DNA of 64,000 nt from a virus (taxonomy: Duplodnaviria > Caudoviricetes). Position numbers and translations under genes: made by a program. The DNA lies in the IMG/VR virus record IMGVR_UViG_3300037067_001478, positions 1,258 to 65,257 of that record. The stretch is one strand, 5' to 3'. Shown here piece after piece: positions 51,387 to 61,167 of the stretch (position 1 is the stretch's first letter; every line of letters starts with the position of its first letter). The notes under the pieces were generated by a model. That model saw only the letters and a list, made by a program, of their open reading frames with translations, had not been told where the DNA came from and did no database searches.

Positions 51387-51758
51387 ATGTCAGTCGTATT
51401 AACTGATTACACAACGCCCTTTACTACAATAACTTTTTATTCTAATGGTATCACTCTCACAAAAAAGAGTAATAACAAAATCACGCCAGTTAAAGGTTCC
51501 AATCCTGTTATCGTAAGACTAGGACGAACTACCCAAGTCCAGATGACTGGTCGTGTATATTCAGCAGCAGACTTCAATATCCTCAATGCTTGGGGTGGAG
51601 AAACTGTTGTCGTCGTATCTAGTTCTTCATACCTTCAATTACCAAATGCGTCGAAGTGGCTTATTAAGAATCTTGAAATCAAAGAAGCCAAAGGAAACCT
51701 CGGTTACTACGATGTTAAGTTCGATCTTGAATACTACTTCGCTGGTGCGGTGATATAA
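51387..51758 (+). CDS. distal tail protein-like
   Basis: Follows TMP; beta-rich. Confidence 0.5.
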   Translation: MSVVLTDYTTPFTTITFYSNGITLTKKSNNKITPVKGSNPVIVRLGRTTQVQMTGRVYSAADFNILNAWGGETVVVVSSSSYLQLPNASKWLIKNLEIKEAKGNLGYYDVKFDLEYYFAGAVI

Positions 51759-53476
51759 TGGCAGCATATACAGTCACAGTCAGTTCTGTTGATTATCCTC
51801 TTGCTGAATTTGAAGCAAGTTACACAGGTACAGAACTTGATAAATGTGAATTTGTATCGGCTGCATCATTCGCATTAAACGCAGCAATCACGATTGACGC
51901 AGATGGTTCTCCTCAATTCATCGGATACATCAAGGAGAAAGAAGAAATAGAACAGGGAGCATTGTATAAATATACTGCATACGAGGAAGCAGTCACATTA
52001 AAAACAATGCCCTATTTAAGTAGCAGCGCTGATGTATTTATCAAATCATCAATCTCTGTATTCAATCTCGCAACAGATATAGTAACCAGCACACCAGCAT
52101 CGGGTTGGACTATTGATGGAACAATGTCCGATGCGACTGTTGTTACCATGAATTTCTACATGGTTAACCGTCTACAAGCACTTAATAAGGTGCTGCGAGA
52201 GATGAGAGGTTACTATGTCATATTCAACTCCTTAACAAAAACAATTAAGTGGTTGAACGCAACTGGTATCAACGTAAACAGAGTCAGTGAAGGTAACATC
52301 GTTTATCAGAGTAAAACAATTCTATCATCGTCAATGCTACGTGGTATAACCCAAGTAGTTGTGATAGGAAAGGATTCAACGATACGAGGAGAGGCTGGCT
52401 CCAGCACATCATCAAGAGTTTACTATCAGATTGACGACATAGATACCAACGCACAAGCAGCATCAATCGCTGCGCAGATACTTGCAGACGTCGGTGTTTC
52501 ATATACAAAATACAAAGTAACAGTTGACCCGTCACAAACTCAATTCGACGTTCGAGATAAAGTTTTGGTTGACGGTGTTCAGTATTGGGTTCAATCACTC
52601 ATTCAAGGAATGGACGGTATTGAACTTATTATTGATGACGGACGCACTTCAGTAGTCGATTCATTCGGCTCACGTATCCATCTCATCGAGGGCGATTTCC
52701 CATCTGGTTCTGACCAACAGTGGAGCAACGCCTCACAGAATGTTTCAGGAACACAGAGCATCGTCACCAAATTCATATTCAACTGCAAGGACGCTTCCAT
52801 TCTCACAGCCTTCAATCTCAAAATAAACATCGGTAAATGGAAAGCGGGAGTAACAGATTCAACTCTTTATCTCTCTGAAGTTGATACAGTTTCATCATCA
52901 GCAGAAGATTCTAGTGAATATTCTGATGCAACTACCCACACCTTTCCCGTCACTTTAACAGCAATGACCAATGGATGGCAGCATGGGATGTATGCTTTTG
53001 AATTCTGGCCTATAAGATCATCTGCTGGCTATGTATATGTTTACATAGAATTGGCTAACAACCCATCATTCAGTGGTGCAACTACATTACGAGGAATATC
53101 ATATTATATGACAGGTGATGATGGTCGTCATTTTGTCAGTGGTTTATTCTCTGGTTCGACTTCATCAGCAACATGGTATTGTCGTGCAAGAGTTTATTCA
53201 TCAGCAGTTCATCGTATATTGGGTTACAGTTTCATCGTTGATAGAAACACACGACACAAACACACACTGACCCGTGAAACATCGGAACCCGAAGTAGCAC
53301 CTGCATCAGTTGAATACAGTTGGAATGGTGGCGCCTGGACTGAAGTTGCCAGTGATGCAGTTCTTACACCGACTGTTATAACTGGTGACAACACACTCGA
53401 AGTTCGTACTCATACAGATAATGTTCGGAGTTCAGTAATTCCAACCGCGAACTATCAAACCTTTGGCAAGTCCTAA
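51758..53476 (+). CDS. baseplate hub/tail tip protein
   Basis: RGITQVVVIG, DVRDKV hub-like motifs; synteny. Confidence 0.65.
   Translation: MAAYTVTVSSVDYPLAEFEASYTGTELDKCEFVSAASFALNAAITIDADGSPQFIGYIKEKEEIEQGALYKYTAYEEAVTLKTMPYLSSSADVFIKSSISVFNLATDIVTSTPASGWTIDGTMSDATVVTMNFYMVNRLQALNKVLREMRGYYVIFNSLTKTIKWLNATGINVNRVSEGNIVYQSKTILSSSMLRGITQVVVIGKDSTIRGEAGSSTSSRVYYQIDDIDTNAQAASIAAQILADVGVSYTKYKVTVDPSQTQFDVRDKVLVDGVQYWVQSLIQGMDGIELIIDDGRTSVVDSFGSRIHLIEGDFPSGSDQQWSNASQNVSGTQSIVTKFIFNCKDASILTAFNLKINIGKWKAGVTDSTLYLSEVDTVSSSAEDSSEYSDATTHTFPVTLTAMTNGWQHGMYAFEFWPIRSSAGYVYVYIELANNPSFSGATTLRGISYYMTGDDGRHFVSGLFSGSTSSATWYCRARVYSSAVHRILGYSFIVDRNTRHKHTLTRETSEPEVAPASVEYSWNGGAWTEVASDAVLTPTVITGDNTLEVRTHTDNVRSSVIPTANYQTFGKS
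52171..52200 (+). promoter_or_regulatory. degenerate dyad TAATAA element inside hub gene
   Basis: TCTACAAG CACT TAATAA GGTG CTGCGAGA; 13/16 arm matches. Confidence 0.35.
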
Positions 53477-53529
53477 TAAGCCACTTGCATAGTTGCTATG
53501 AACAATTATGCAGAAACATAATTACTTTT

Positions 53530-53559
53530 TCTAGCAGCATGTAATAAGCATCTGCTGGA
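53530..53559 (+). promoter_or_regulatory. 30-bp dyad TAATAA element
   Basis: TCTAGCAG CATG TAATAA GCAT CTGCTGGA; 40 nt to TTG 53588, GGTGA RBS in between. Confidence 0.75.
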
Positions 53560-53587
53560 ACATACAAATTGAAGTTTGGTGATCAAG

Positions 53588-53749
53588 TTGGCAGCAATAA
53601 CTCAACCAGCAAAAGTTGAAGTCACTTGTGATATTTATCACTATCGCAACGGTGTACTACTGGAGCATGTTAGACCATACTCCGAGGCATCGCTATTTGA
53701 CAAAGTCCTTTTCCATGTTGGACTGAAAAACTTAACACGGAGCGCATAA
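53588..53749 (+). CDS. 53-aa ORF, probable N-terminal part of the following tail protein; not in ORF track
   Basis: GGTGA RBS; VEVTCDIYHYRNGVLLEH. Confidence 0.5.
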   Translation: MAAITQPAKVEVTCDIYHYRNGVLLEHVRPYSEASLFDKVLFHVGLKNLTRSA

Positions 53750-53750
53750 T

Positions 53751-54104
53751 ATGTTATTGTTAAAAGGTATTCAGAATAGTGCGATTGCACTCGGAGCGAC
53801 ATACCTCGGAGTTGCGATTGGTACAGATGATACCGCCGAGAACATTAACCAGAACGCGCTGATAGCAGAGGCGCAACGTGTTGCTTCCACAAATACTATC
53901 GGCACGACAACTGTGGCAAATGATACCTCGGAGCATGAAGGTGATTTCACCATTTCAGCAGTATCTCTTGCAGTCAAAGAAGCAGGAGTTTGCACTACCG
54001 CAGATGTCGGTGGAGATTTCTGTGCAAGACAGATATTTGCTGTAATGAACTTTGTACAGAACGATAACGTCATTATTGTGTTTAAGTTTAAGACGAGTGG
54101 ATAA
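53751..54104 (+). CDS. virion tail protein (C-terminal part)
   Basis: AIGTDDTA, VKEAGV, GGDFCARQIF pattern of small viral tail/baseplate proteins. Confidence 0.65.
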   Translation: MLLLKGIQNSAIALGATYLGVAIGTDDTAENINQNALIAEAQRVASTNTIGTTTVANDTSEHEGDFTISAVSLAVKEAGVCTTADVGGDFCARQIFAVMNFVQNDNVIIVFKFKTSG

Positions 54105-54106
54105 AC

Positions 54107-54412
54107 ATGGCAGAACTTGGTGATGCCGTAGTCATCGTACCGACTTCAGTGAACGCTGCTGCAAGCCTCACCGTAAGACCGGCGAGTGGTGATGAATGGA
54201 TCATTCATAATATATTCTCCGAAGATGGATACCCCATTGAGGTGTATATTACGGATGGCACAAACACCATCAAGATAGATGCCAACGCATCTGGTGGTCT
54301 TTTAGGTTATGCTTTCCACTTAACTTACGCAGTATATATGACGATTAAGAATACTGATGCGAGCGCCCGTTATATATCATACAACGGAATCGTTTCCAAG
54401 GTCACAGCATAA
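54107..54412 (+). CDS. small beta-sandwich virion protein
   Basis: Synteny, composition. Confidence 0.5.
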   Translation: MAELGDAVVIVPTSVNAAASLTVRPASGDEWIIHNIFSEDGYPIEVYITDGTNTIKIDANASGGLLGYAFHLTYAVYMTIKNTDASARYISYNGIVSKVTA

Positions 54413-54431
54413 TTTTTCAGGAGATATTGAC

Positions 54432-55031
54432 ATGTCTTTAGATCACATTTTAAGAGCATTAAAACTTGACAGTGGCGCGACTATCACGAAGATCGACGCA
54501 ACTGGAACCCTCGCAGCGAACTCGGACTCGAATCTGGCTACACAGAAGGCAGTCAAGACTTACGTGGATGCACATGCAACTGCGGGTGTTGATACCGATG
54601 GTACTCTGGCGGCTGACAGTGATGTACTCGTTCCGTCGCAGAAAGCAGTAAACACATTTGTCGAAACATCTGTGGCTGCCGCTACTGGTGCGAAAGGAGT
54701 AATTGCATTCCCTCTGTCGTTTGAAACCAACGAGCAGATGCAGACGCTTATCTACTTCCCGATGAAAGTTACTGTCAACAAGATTCGTTCAACTGTGACG
54801 AAGGCTCTTGCAGGAACCAGCAATGGTACGATTACTTGTGGTAACGTCGGTGGAGCATCTGCAAACGGTGTAGTTACTGTTGCCCTTTCTGCGGCACTTG
54901 AAGATGACGACACGGCATCACCCACGACCAACAATGTGGTCCTGGCTGACGGCTATTACTACCTGACAACCGCAAAGGCTGACGCAGGTGGTAAGGTTCT
55001 CGTTACTCTCGAATATACAGTAACAGCATAA
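54432..55031 (+). CDS. tail fibre-like protein with two D.TL..NSD...(T/S)QKAV repeats
   Basis: IDATGTLAANSDSNLATQKAVKTYVD / VDTDGTLAADSDVLVPSQKAVNTFVE; ATG at 54432. Confidence 0.65.
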   Translation: MSLDHILRALKLDSGATITKIDATGTLAANSDSNLATQKAVKTYVDAHATAGVDTDGTLAADSDVLVPSQKAVNTFVETSVAAATGAKGVIAFPLSFETNEQMQTLIYFPMKVTVNKIRSTVTKALAGTSNGTITCGNVGGASANGVVTVALSAALEDDDTASPTTNNVVLADGYYYLTTAKADAGGKVLVTLEYTVTA

Positions 55032-55062
55032 GACTAATTCATTTATTTTTTGAGGTGAAAAC

Positions 55063-56145
55063 ATGCCAGCAAAAATCGAAGGAAGAAGTACAAAGGATAT
55101 TGGGATAGACTGTATCGGCAGGCCCACTTACGATAATCTAGATAAATTTCTAGATGCTACCAATAGTGCTGGTTTCTTCGAGGGTGGCACTATTACTGAT
55201 TCAGGTAGTGGGCAAATTGATATTGCTTCGGCGAAAGGTGTAATAAGGACAACCAACTCTGGTGTCGGTAATTTAGTCGCATTTGATATAGATGCTACTA
55301 CAAATGTTTCACTCACTGATAACTCAATGAATTATATCTATGTTGATTACAACAGTGGCTCACCAATTTGGGCAGTAACAACAACTTATACAGATATTAA
55401 CTTACAATCTAAAATTATAGTTGGTAGGGTTTATCGTCTTGGAAATGTTTTATTCATTGGTAACTTTGGACAAGACATTCAAGATTCTGTATTGAGGGAT
55501 CTTTATAGACTTCAAACATTAAGACGACTTGAATGGGCTAGTGGAGCAATGCTCTCATTCACAACAGCAACTCGTCAACCAACTGTTACCGAGGGAATGT
55601 TCTTTGCTAACTATGAAAAGATTATAACAGCAGCCTTTAATGCAAGTGGCGCTGATAGATTCGTTGCTTGGTATAGAAATGGTTCTGGTGGATGGTTATA
55701 TGTTACCGCACTCCAAGATATAGATAATACTTATTGGGATGATGGAACTGGAACTCTCAATGATTTAACTACTGGTGATTACGGGGTTCATTGGTTCTTT
55801 ATTTTATCAGATGGTTCTATTCATTCTGTATATGGACAAGCCAACTATGGAACTCTCGCAAACGCAAGAGCAGCAACATTCCCGACTACAATACCTCCTG
55901 CACTTCAAGGACTTGGTATCTTTATCGGAAGAATAATTATAAAGAAATCAGCAACAGTATGCACAGAAGCATCGTCTGCATTTGATTACACATTTTCTGG
56001 AACTACTACTGTAAACCACAATGAACTTGGTGGACTTCAGGGTGGAACCGTTGCTGAATATTATCATGCAACTTCAGCACAGCAAGCATGGCTCGCTATT
56101 GAAGCAGCAAAGAACAGACAAGTATTAATATATCTGGGGTTATAA
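55063..56145 (+). CDS. tail/baseplate protein
   Basis: HNELGGLQGG..EYYH motif typical of viral tail proteins. Confidence 0.65.
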   Translation: MPAKIEGRSTKDIGIDCIGRPTYDNLDKFLDATNSAGFFEGGTITDSGSGQIDIASAKGVIRTTNSGVGNLVAFDIDATTNVSLTDNSMNYIYVDYNSGSPIWAVTTTYTDINLQSKIIVGRVYRLGNVLFIGNFGQDIQDSVLRDLYRLQTLRRLEWASGAMLSFTTATRQPTVTEGMFFANYEKIITAAFNASGADRFVAWYRNGSGGWLYVTALQDIDNTYWDDGTGTLNDLTTGDYGVHWFFILSDGSIHSVYGQANYGTLANARAATFPTTIPPALQGLGIFIGRIIIKKSATVCTEASSAFDYTFSGTTTVNHNELGGLQGGTVAEYYHATSAQQAWLAIEAAKNRQVLIYLGL

Positions 56146-56147
56146 TC

Positions 56148-56474
56148 ATGACAGCAATCACAGTTAAAAATCTTGCTAATGGGCAACTCGCTGGTTCCAT
56201 TGGAGATTTATATACAGCGCCAGCAGTAACCACGACGATTATTAAATCAATCACTCTGGTTAATACTCACTCGGCAGAACTCGGTGTGAATCTCTATGTT
56301 CTCAAAGCAGGTGGAACTGCGAGGAAGATTATTCCAAGTAACATGACATTAGGTATTGGATACCTTTTAGTCTATGACGATGTATTGACGCTCGGTGCGG
56401 GAGATAAAATTCAAGGTGACGCAGGAACAGCCGCAAAAGTGGACTACGTTATTTCAGGTGTTGAGGAAGCATGA
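56148..56474 (+). CDS. small tail adaptor protein
   Basis: LYTAP..TTTIIKSI.LVN, L..GDKI beta-sandwich. Confidence 0.55.
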   Translation: MTAITVKNLANGQLAGSIGDLYTAPAVTTTIIKSITLVNTHSAELGVNLYVLKAGGTARKIIPSNMTLGIGYLLVYDDVLTLGAGDKIQGDAGTAAKVDYVISGVEEA

Positions 56475-57358
56475 GAGTATATGATGCAAGCGGGAAACTT
56501 CTGCAAATCAATGTTCCCAACAAACTTGCAGAATATACCGTCATTACTTATCTTGGTACGACTGATAGTACCATCTCTACATCCAAAGCAGTTAAGGATG
56601 TTACTGACACTCTTGCTACTAAAGCCGAGATCACTGACCTGGCCCCACTCGCTGACCCAACATTTACGGGAGTACCAGCAGCACCAACGGCTGCACCTGG
56701 AACAAACACGACACAGATTGCCACGACTGCACACGTCAAAGCAGCAGATGATTTAAAAGCAAATCTCGCTTCTCCTGCATTAACAGGAACACCAACTGCT
56801 CCGACAGCAGCACCGGGTACAAATACAACGCAGATTGCGACAACTGCACATGTTAAAGCAGCAAATGATTTAAAGGCTAATCTTGCCTCGCCTGGTTTAA
56901 CTGGCGTTCCAACTGCTCCGACTGCGGCTGTGGGAACTAACACCACACAACTTGCGACGACAGCATTTGTTAAAGCAGAGATAGCAGCAGGTTCAGCAGT
57001 TCCGTCGGGTCTTATTGCGATGTGGTATTCAAGTATCGCATCGATTCCATCTGGATGGGTTCTTTGTAATGGTTCGAGTTCCACTCCTGATCTTCGTGAT
57101 AAGTTCGTTGTTGGTGCTGGTTCAACATACGCCGTCGCCGATGAAGGTGGAGAAGCCACACATACATTGACCACAGCAGAAATGCCAGCGCATACTCATG
57201 GTGTTCCAAACGTCTTTGGTACTGGTACAGCGTTTGGTATTTTAGTTGGTGGAAGTCATATCGACCAGACACCAATAACTTCAGGTAGTGCTGGTTCAGG
57301 AAGCGCACATGAGAACCGACCACCATATTATGCAATCGTATTTATGATGAAAACATAG
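56471..57358 (+). CDS. short tail fibre with repeats and collar domain
   Basis: Three SP.LTG.PTAPT..GTNTTQ.ATTA.V repeats; collar PSGW.LCNG..TPDLRDKF; HENRPPYY. Confidence 0.85.
   Translation: MRVYDASGKLLQINVPNKLAEYTVITYLGTTDSTISTSKAVKDVTDTLATKAEITDLAPLADPTFTGVPAAPTAAPGTNTTQIATTAHVKAADDLKANLASPALTGTPTAPTAAPGTNTTQIATTAHVKAANDLKANLASPGLTGVPTAPTAAVGTNTTQLATTAFVKAEIAAGSAVPSGLIAMWYSSIASIPSGWVLCNGSSSTPDLRDKFVVGAGSTYAVADEGGEATHTLTTAEMPAHTHGVPNVFGTGTAFGILVGGSHIDQTPITSGSAGSGSAHENRPPYYAIVFMMKT
56640..56975 (+). repeat. three tandem 117-bp (39-aa) fibre repeats
   Basis: GATTTAAA(A/G)GC..ATCT at 56750 and 56867. Confidence 0.85.
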
Positions 57359-57365
57359 GTGACTT

Positions 57366-57572
57366 ATGCAAGCGAAGATTCAATCGGCAGCCAAACCTTT
57401 CACATTCACTTGTGCTAGGTGTGGCAAGCCCTTATTAAACCCTGTGGAAGAAACAAGTGTGTATGTCTTTGAAGTAGAAGATGTGCATGAGATTGACCCG
57501 AAGTTAATATGTGTAGATTGCGTAAGACCAACAGACCGTTATATATGGGGAACTAAAGAGGTGCTAGCATGA
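57366..57572 (+). CDS. small Zn-finger protein
   Basis: CARCG ... CVDC. Confidence 0.55.
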   Translation: MQAKIQSAAKPFTFTCARCGKPLLNPVEETSVYVFEVEDVHEIDPKLICVDCVRPTDRYIWGTKEVLA

Positions 57573-59479
57573 AAGTTTACAACGCAAGTGGTGTCCTATT
57601 AACGAGTGATCCTGATGCAGCACCACTCGATAGTCCAGACTTCACTGGTATTCCAACGGCAGATACAGCAGCAGATGGAACGGATACCTGTCAACTCGCA
57701 ACGACTGAATTTGTCCAGAACGCATTAGTGGATACGGCCTTAACTGGGAATCCAACTGCGCCCACTCCTGCTGATAATGACAATGACACATCAATTGCTA
57801 CGTCAGCATTTGTTCAGGGTTCAAAGAATCTTCCTCACCCGACTTTAATACCATTAACAGTTGCATCTAAAGGTGGAATATACAACGGTGATTTTGAAAC
57901 TGCACCGCCATTTACCGCCGCGCAAACTTCAAACGGTTATATTGTTGGTACTGCCGCCGGAAGTGCAACAGATGATAGATATGGATGGTATGCCTATGCA
58001 CCATCAGCAGCAATTTCAGTTCAGTTTGATACAGGTGTCACACACAATGGTCTTGTTTCATTGAAAGTATCTATGACAAATACAACTGGTCGTTGTGTAG
58101 TAGATCAGCCATATCAACGTCATTGGATGAAACTACAACCTTCCACTAAATATCGTTTATCAGTATGGGTAAAAACAAATAATGTTGCTACCGATGCAAT
58201 TTATTGTACTTTATTACAATATACATCTACATTTGGTGCAATAGGTTTTATTTACACACCAAAACTTTCTGGTACAAATGATTGGACATTATTATCTGTC
58301 GAGTTTACTTCTGACGCAACAGCATATTGCGGTCGTGTTCAGATGTATAACTACGTTGCTGGTAATGTAAGTGACGCATGGTTTGATGATTTAATTATCG
58401 AAGAAGTAGTTGAGGATACTGGTTACACAGGAACTTCACCAACACCATTACTAACGACAATCACTGGAAAATCAGATTACGTCGATATATATGATAATTA
58501 TAAATTGGGTGGAGATACAGATGCTACTTACTCCACTACTTATTGGCGTTCACAGCAATTCATACCGATACGACCAAAGATGGCGACTGCATCAGTGGTT
58601 TTGAAGAAAGTGGGTTCACCAACTGGTAACTTAACTTTTACAGTCGAAATCGATAATGGTTCAAATCTTCCAAATGGTGTTCCGATTGCTGCTACGACCC
58701 TGGATGTTTCGACATTAACAACTTCATACCTCGAATATACAATAAATCTTCCATGTAATTTGACTGTTGGTGCGAAATATTTTGTTACATTTAAAAGACC
58801 ATCAGCAGATGGTGTAACAAACTATGTCGTTATAAGATATAAAACTACTGGTGCGCCATTCACTGATTATACAGCAAACGGTGCTGGTTCGTGGGTTGCA
58901 AATAATGGTATTCAATATGATTTGAAAACCAATTTTGTAAAGCATACTGAAAACCCAACAATCATTTGTAATGGAGAGAAACTTTCTTTACAATCATCAG
59001 AGGAAGGAGTATTCAATAATGCAGTAATTGATCTCGATAAAGGAAAATATCTTTGGCAAAATGTTCCAACAACTGGTATTCCTCTTGAAGCAATCAATGT
59101 GTATGAAGCAAGTCAAGGAGGTCGTACAGATTCAGTATTGGCTGTAAATGGTTGGTATATGACCATGCTTGCCAGTGATACAAATGAATATCTAGCAACT
59201 AACGATGCAGTAATAAGATACTTAACTTTCAAAGTAGATACTTTACTGCCTATAAAACATTTGAAATTTAAATTTTTATTGTATTCAAATAGTGCTTCGG
59301 CAGAAAAACTAATACAAATATCAACTGATAACACCACTTGGACAACGATGAAAACTCTTGTTGGCGTTGGTCTTGGACGAACATTTTTTACTTGTGAGTC
59401 AGATGTAGCAAATGGTTATAGTGTTTTCTTCATCCGTTTCTATAAGCAGCAGTCGCCGATTATCTTGCTGGTGGTATAA
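57569..59479 (+). CDS. receptor-binding tail fibre, N-terminal part
   Basis: Fibre repeats; CBM4/9-like NGDFE...KYRLSVWVKT...WFDD domain; frame break near 59444. Confidence 0.8.
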   Translation: MKVYNASGVLLTSDPDAAPLDSPDFTGIPTADTAADGTDTCQLATTEFVQNALVDTALTGNPTAPTPADNDNDTSIATSAFVQGSKNLPHPTLIPLTVASKGGIYNGDFETAPPFTAAQTSNGYIVGTAAGSATDDRYGWYAYAPSAAISVQFDTGVTHNGLVSLKVSMTNTTGRCVVDQPYQRHWMKLQPSTKYRLSVWVKTNNVATDAIYCTLLQYTSTFGAIGFIYTPKLSGTNDWTLLSVEFTSDATAYCGRVQMYNYVAGNVSDAWFDDLIIEEVVEDTGYTGTSPTPLLTTITGKSDYVDIYDNYKLGGDTDATYSTTYWRSQQFIPIRPKMATASVVLKKVGSPTGNLTFTVEIDNGSNLPNGVPIAATTLDVSTLTTSYLEYTINLPCNLTVGAKYFVTFKRPSADGVTNYVVIRYKTTGAPFTDYTANGAGSWVANNGIQYDLKTNFVKHTENPTIICNGEKLSLQSSEEGVFNNAVIDLDKGKYLWQNVPTTGIPLEAINVYEASQGGRTDSVLAVNGWYMTMLASDTNEYLATNDAVIRYLTFKVDTLLPIKHLKFKFLLYSNSASAEKLIQISTDNTTWTTMKTLVGVGLGRTFFTCESDVANGYSVFFIRFYKQQSPIILLVV

Positions 59480-60432
59480 ATACAATTGAAGCAGATTTAG
59501 ATATTTCATCTGTTCCAATACCATTAGTTTATCCTCTTGGGATTAACCAGTTCACAGAAGAAATAAATACTCAAAATGCAGTTACTCGTATTTATTATAG
59601 AAAAAATAAATTCTGTAATAAAAATGAAATTGTAGTTCCTCATTTGGAATTTACAAATTCAACGGGAGTCTTTATTAAATCTCTCGCAATACCAATTGAT
59701 AATTCTTACGAGGCTGATCCATCAATTAATATTATTATTGCTGAAACTACAAATGGACAACAGGTGGGAACTGGTAGTGCGGATTCAACAACTGGATATA
59801 TCCTAAATGATGGAGAGTATATGACACTCTCATCTGCTGTTTCACAATTGAAAATAACATATCGTGTTGGTACTGGAACAACTTCATTTGGTAACATCAC
59901 TAAAAATTTAATTTTGTTATCGAATAACAGTCATAAATTGTCAGCAACCAAAGATGGTTCATCTCTTTGTACTTATAATTTCTGGTATAAAGTTCAATCA
60001 CTTATACGAACCATCACTGATTTAACCCAGAAAGTAAATTATTTATCAACTAAATGCAAAGAAGGAGTATGGCAACCATGGTATCCAACTGTGGCTTGGC
60101 AGACAGCAACACCAACTATTACTTCAGAAAGTTATCGTTGGACTAAAATAGGCAACACAGTGTTTGTCAATATAGGAGTTGTTTGTTCTGACGGTAACGG
60201 TTGTACTGGTGTAATAATACCATTACCAGTAAATGTTAGTGGTTCTTTGACATCTTCTTACTTTGCAGAAGTAGTCGGTAGGCAACGTGTTGACGCAACA
60301 CAGAACGTAACATACCCATACATCGGTGTTAATGTATCATATATCAGATGTTACCCAACAGAAGGATTTGCTGTGATGACCGATACGAAAACCAGTTTAT
60401 TGATTTTCCAAATGTTCTATGAGGTGGACTAA
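59446..60432 (+). CDS. receptor-binding tail fibre, C-terminal part (out of frame)
   Basis: Frame open from 59446 with no obvious RBS/ATG; ends in EG.W.P...KIGNTV...LP...YE fibre-tip domain. Confidence 0.65.
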   Translation, partial: AAVADYLAGGINTIEADLDISSVPIPLVYPLGINQFTEEINTQNAVTRIYYRKNKFCNKNEIVVPHLEFTNSTGVFIKSLAIPIDNSYEADPSINIIIAETTNGQQVGTGSADSTTGYILNDGEYMTLSSAVSQLKITYRVGTGTTSFGNITKNLILLSNNSHKLSATKDGSSLCTYNFWYKVQSLIRTITDLTQKVNYLSTKCKEGVWQPWYPTVAWQTATPTITSESYRWTKIGNTVFVNIGVVCSDGNGCTGVIIPLPVNVSGSLTSSYFAEVVGRQRVDATQNVTYPYIGVNVSYIRCYPTEGFAVMTDTKTSLLIFQMFYEVD

Positions 60433-60753
60433 ATGCCTGAAACCATTGAAGTTGGCGACCTTGCCAAACCGATTGCAGTCAGCGCGCTCACGAAAGATGA
60501 GTTTATCGCTATGACTGAAGCCGACAAGATTAAAGTTCTCGTCGCAGAAAAGGAAGAAGTCCTCGCAAAACAAGATGAGCAGAAAATGAAATCTGCTTTT
60601 TATATAGCGCGAGATGTTGAACTCAAAGCCTTTGATGAACAAGCAAAGATTCGTCTTGGAGATTTCCAAACTCAACTCTCCAATGAACGCACCATCATAG
60701 AAAAGAAATGGATGGATGCTGAAGCACTTGGCACATTCGTTATTCCACAGTAG
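60433..60753 (+). CDS. coiled-coil protein (possible fibre chaperone)
   Basis: Directly after fibre gene. Confidence 0.5.
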   Translation: MPETIEVGDLAKPIAVSALTKDEFIAMTEADKIKVLVAEKEEVLAKQDEQKMKSAFYIARDVELKAFDEQAKIRLGDFQTQLSNERTIIEKKWMDAEALGTFVIPQ

Positions 60754-60775
60754 GGTGTAATAACACTCTGCTAGA
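60746..60775 (+). promoter_or_regulatory. 30-bp dyad TAATAA element
   Basis: CACAGTAG GGTG TAATAA CACT CTGCTAGA; 36 nt to ATG 60800, GAGGA RBS in between. Confidence 0.7.
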
Positions 60776-60799
60776 ACATTACTTTTGAGGATTGAAACT

Positions 60800-61156
60800 A
60801 TGTCAAACCCAGTTTGTAGTATGTATTCAGAAGGTGCAACCGAGATTCTCACATCCGTTGCATCTCCAGGAACCGCAACAAGTATTGATACTCGCGGATT
60901 CCGAACAGGTATGATCGCCATTAGAAACTATGGTGGCGAGGATATGCACACGCTTCAGTACGTCATTAAAAGTTACGCTAACTATGCTGGTGCGACTGCG
61001 GGTGCAGAGGAAGTATCAATCGCAGACATCGCTCCTAATGCAACTGTCACATTCGTATGGACAGAGAAAGCACGAGCGCGCTTTGAAGTGACCATCACTC
61101 CGAAGGTTGTCGGCGATCAGAGTCAGTATAAGATTGAACACTGTCTTGCTCTTTAA
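60800..61156 (+). CDS. beta-sandwich virion protein
   Basis: Composition; RBS. Confidence 0.5.
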   Translation: MSNPVCSMYSEGATEILTSVASPGTATSIDTRGFRTGMIAIRNYGGEDMHTLQYVIKSYANYAGATAGAEEVSIADIAPNATVTFVWTEKARARFEVTITPKVVGDQSQYKIEHCLAL

Positions 61157-61167
61157 GGAGAACCTTT

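Noticed and set aside
57569-60432. Diversity-generating retroelement targeting the fibre tip
   Set aside because: No reverse transcriptase and no template/variable repeat pair seen in the window.
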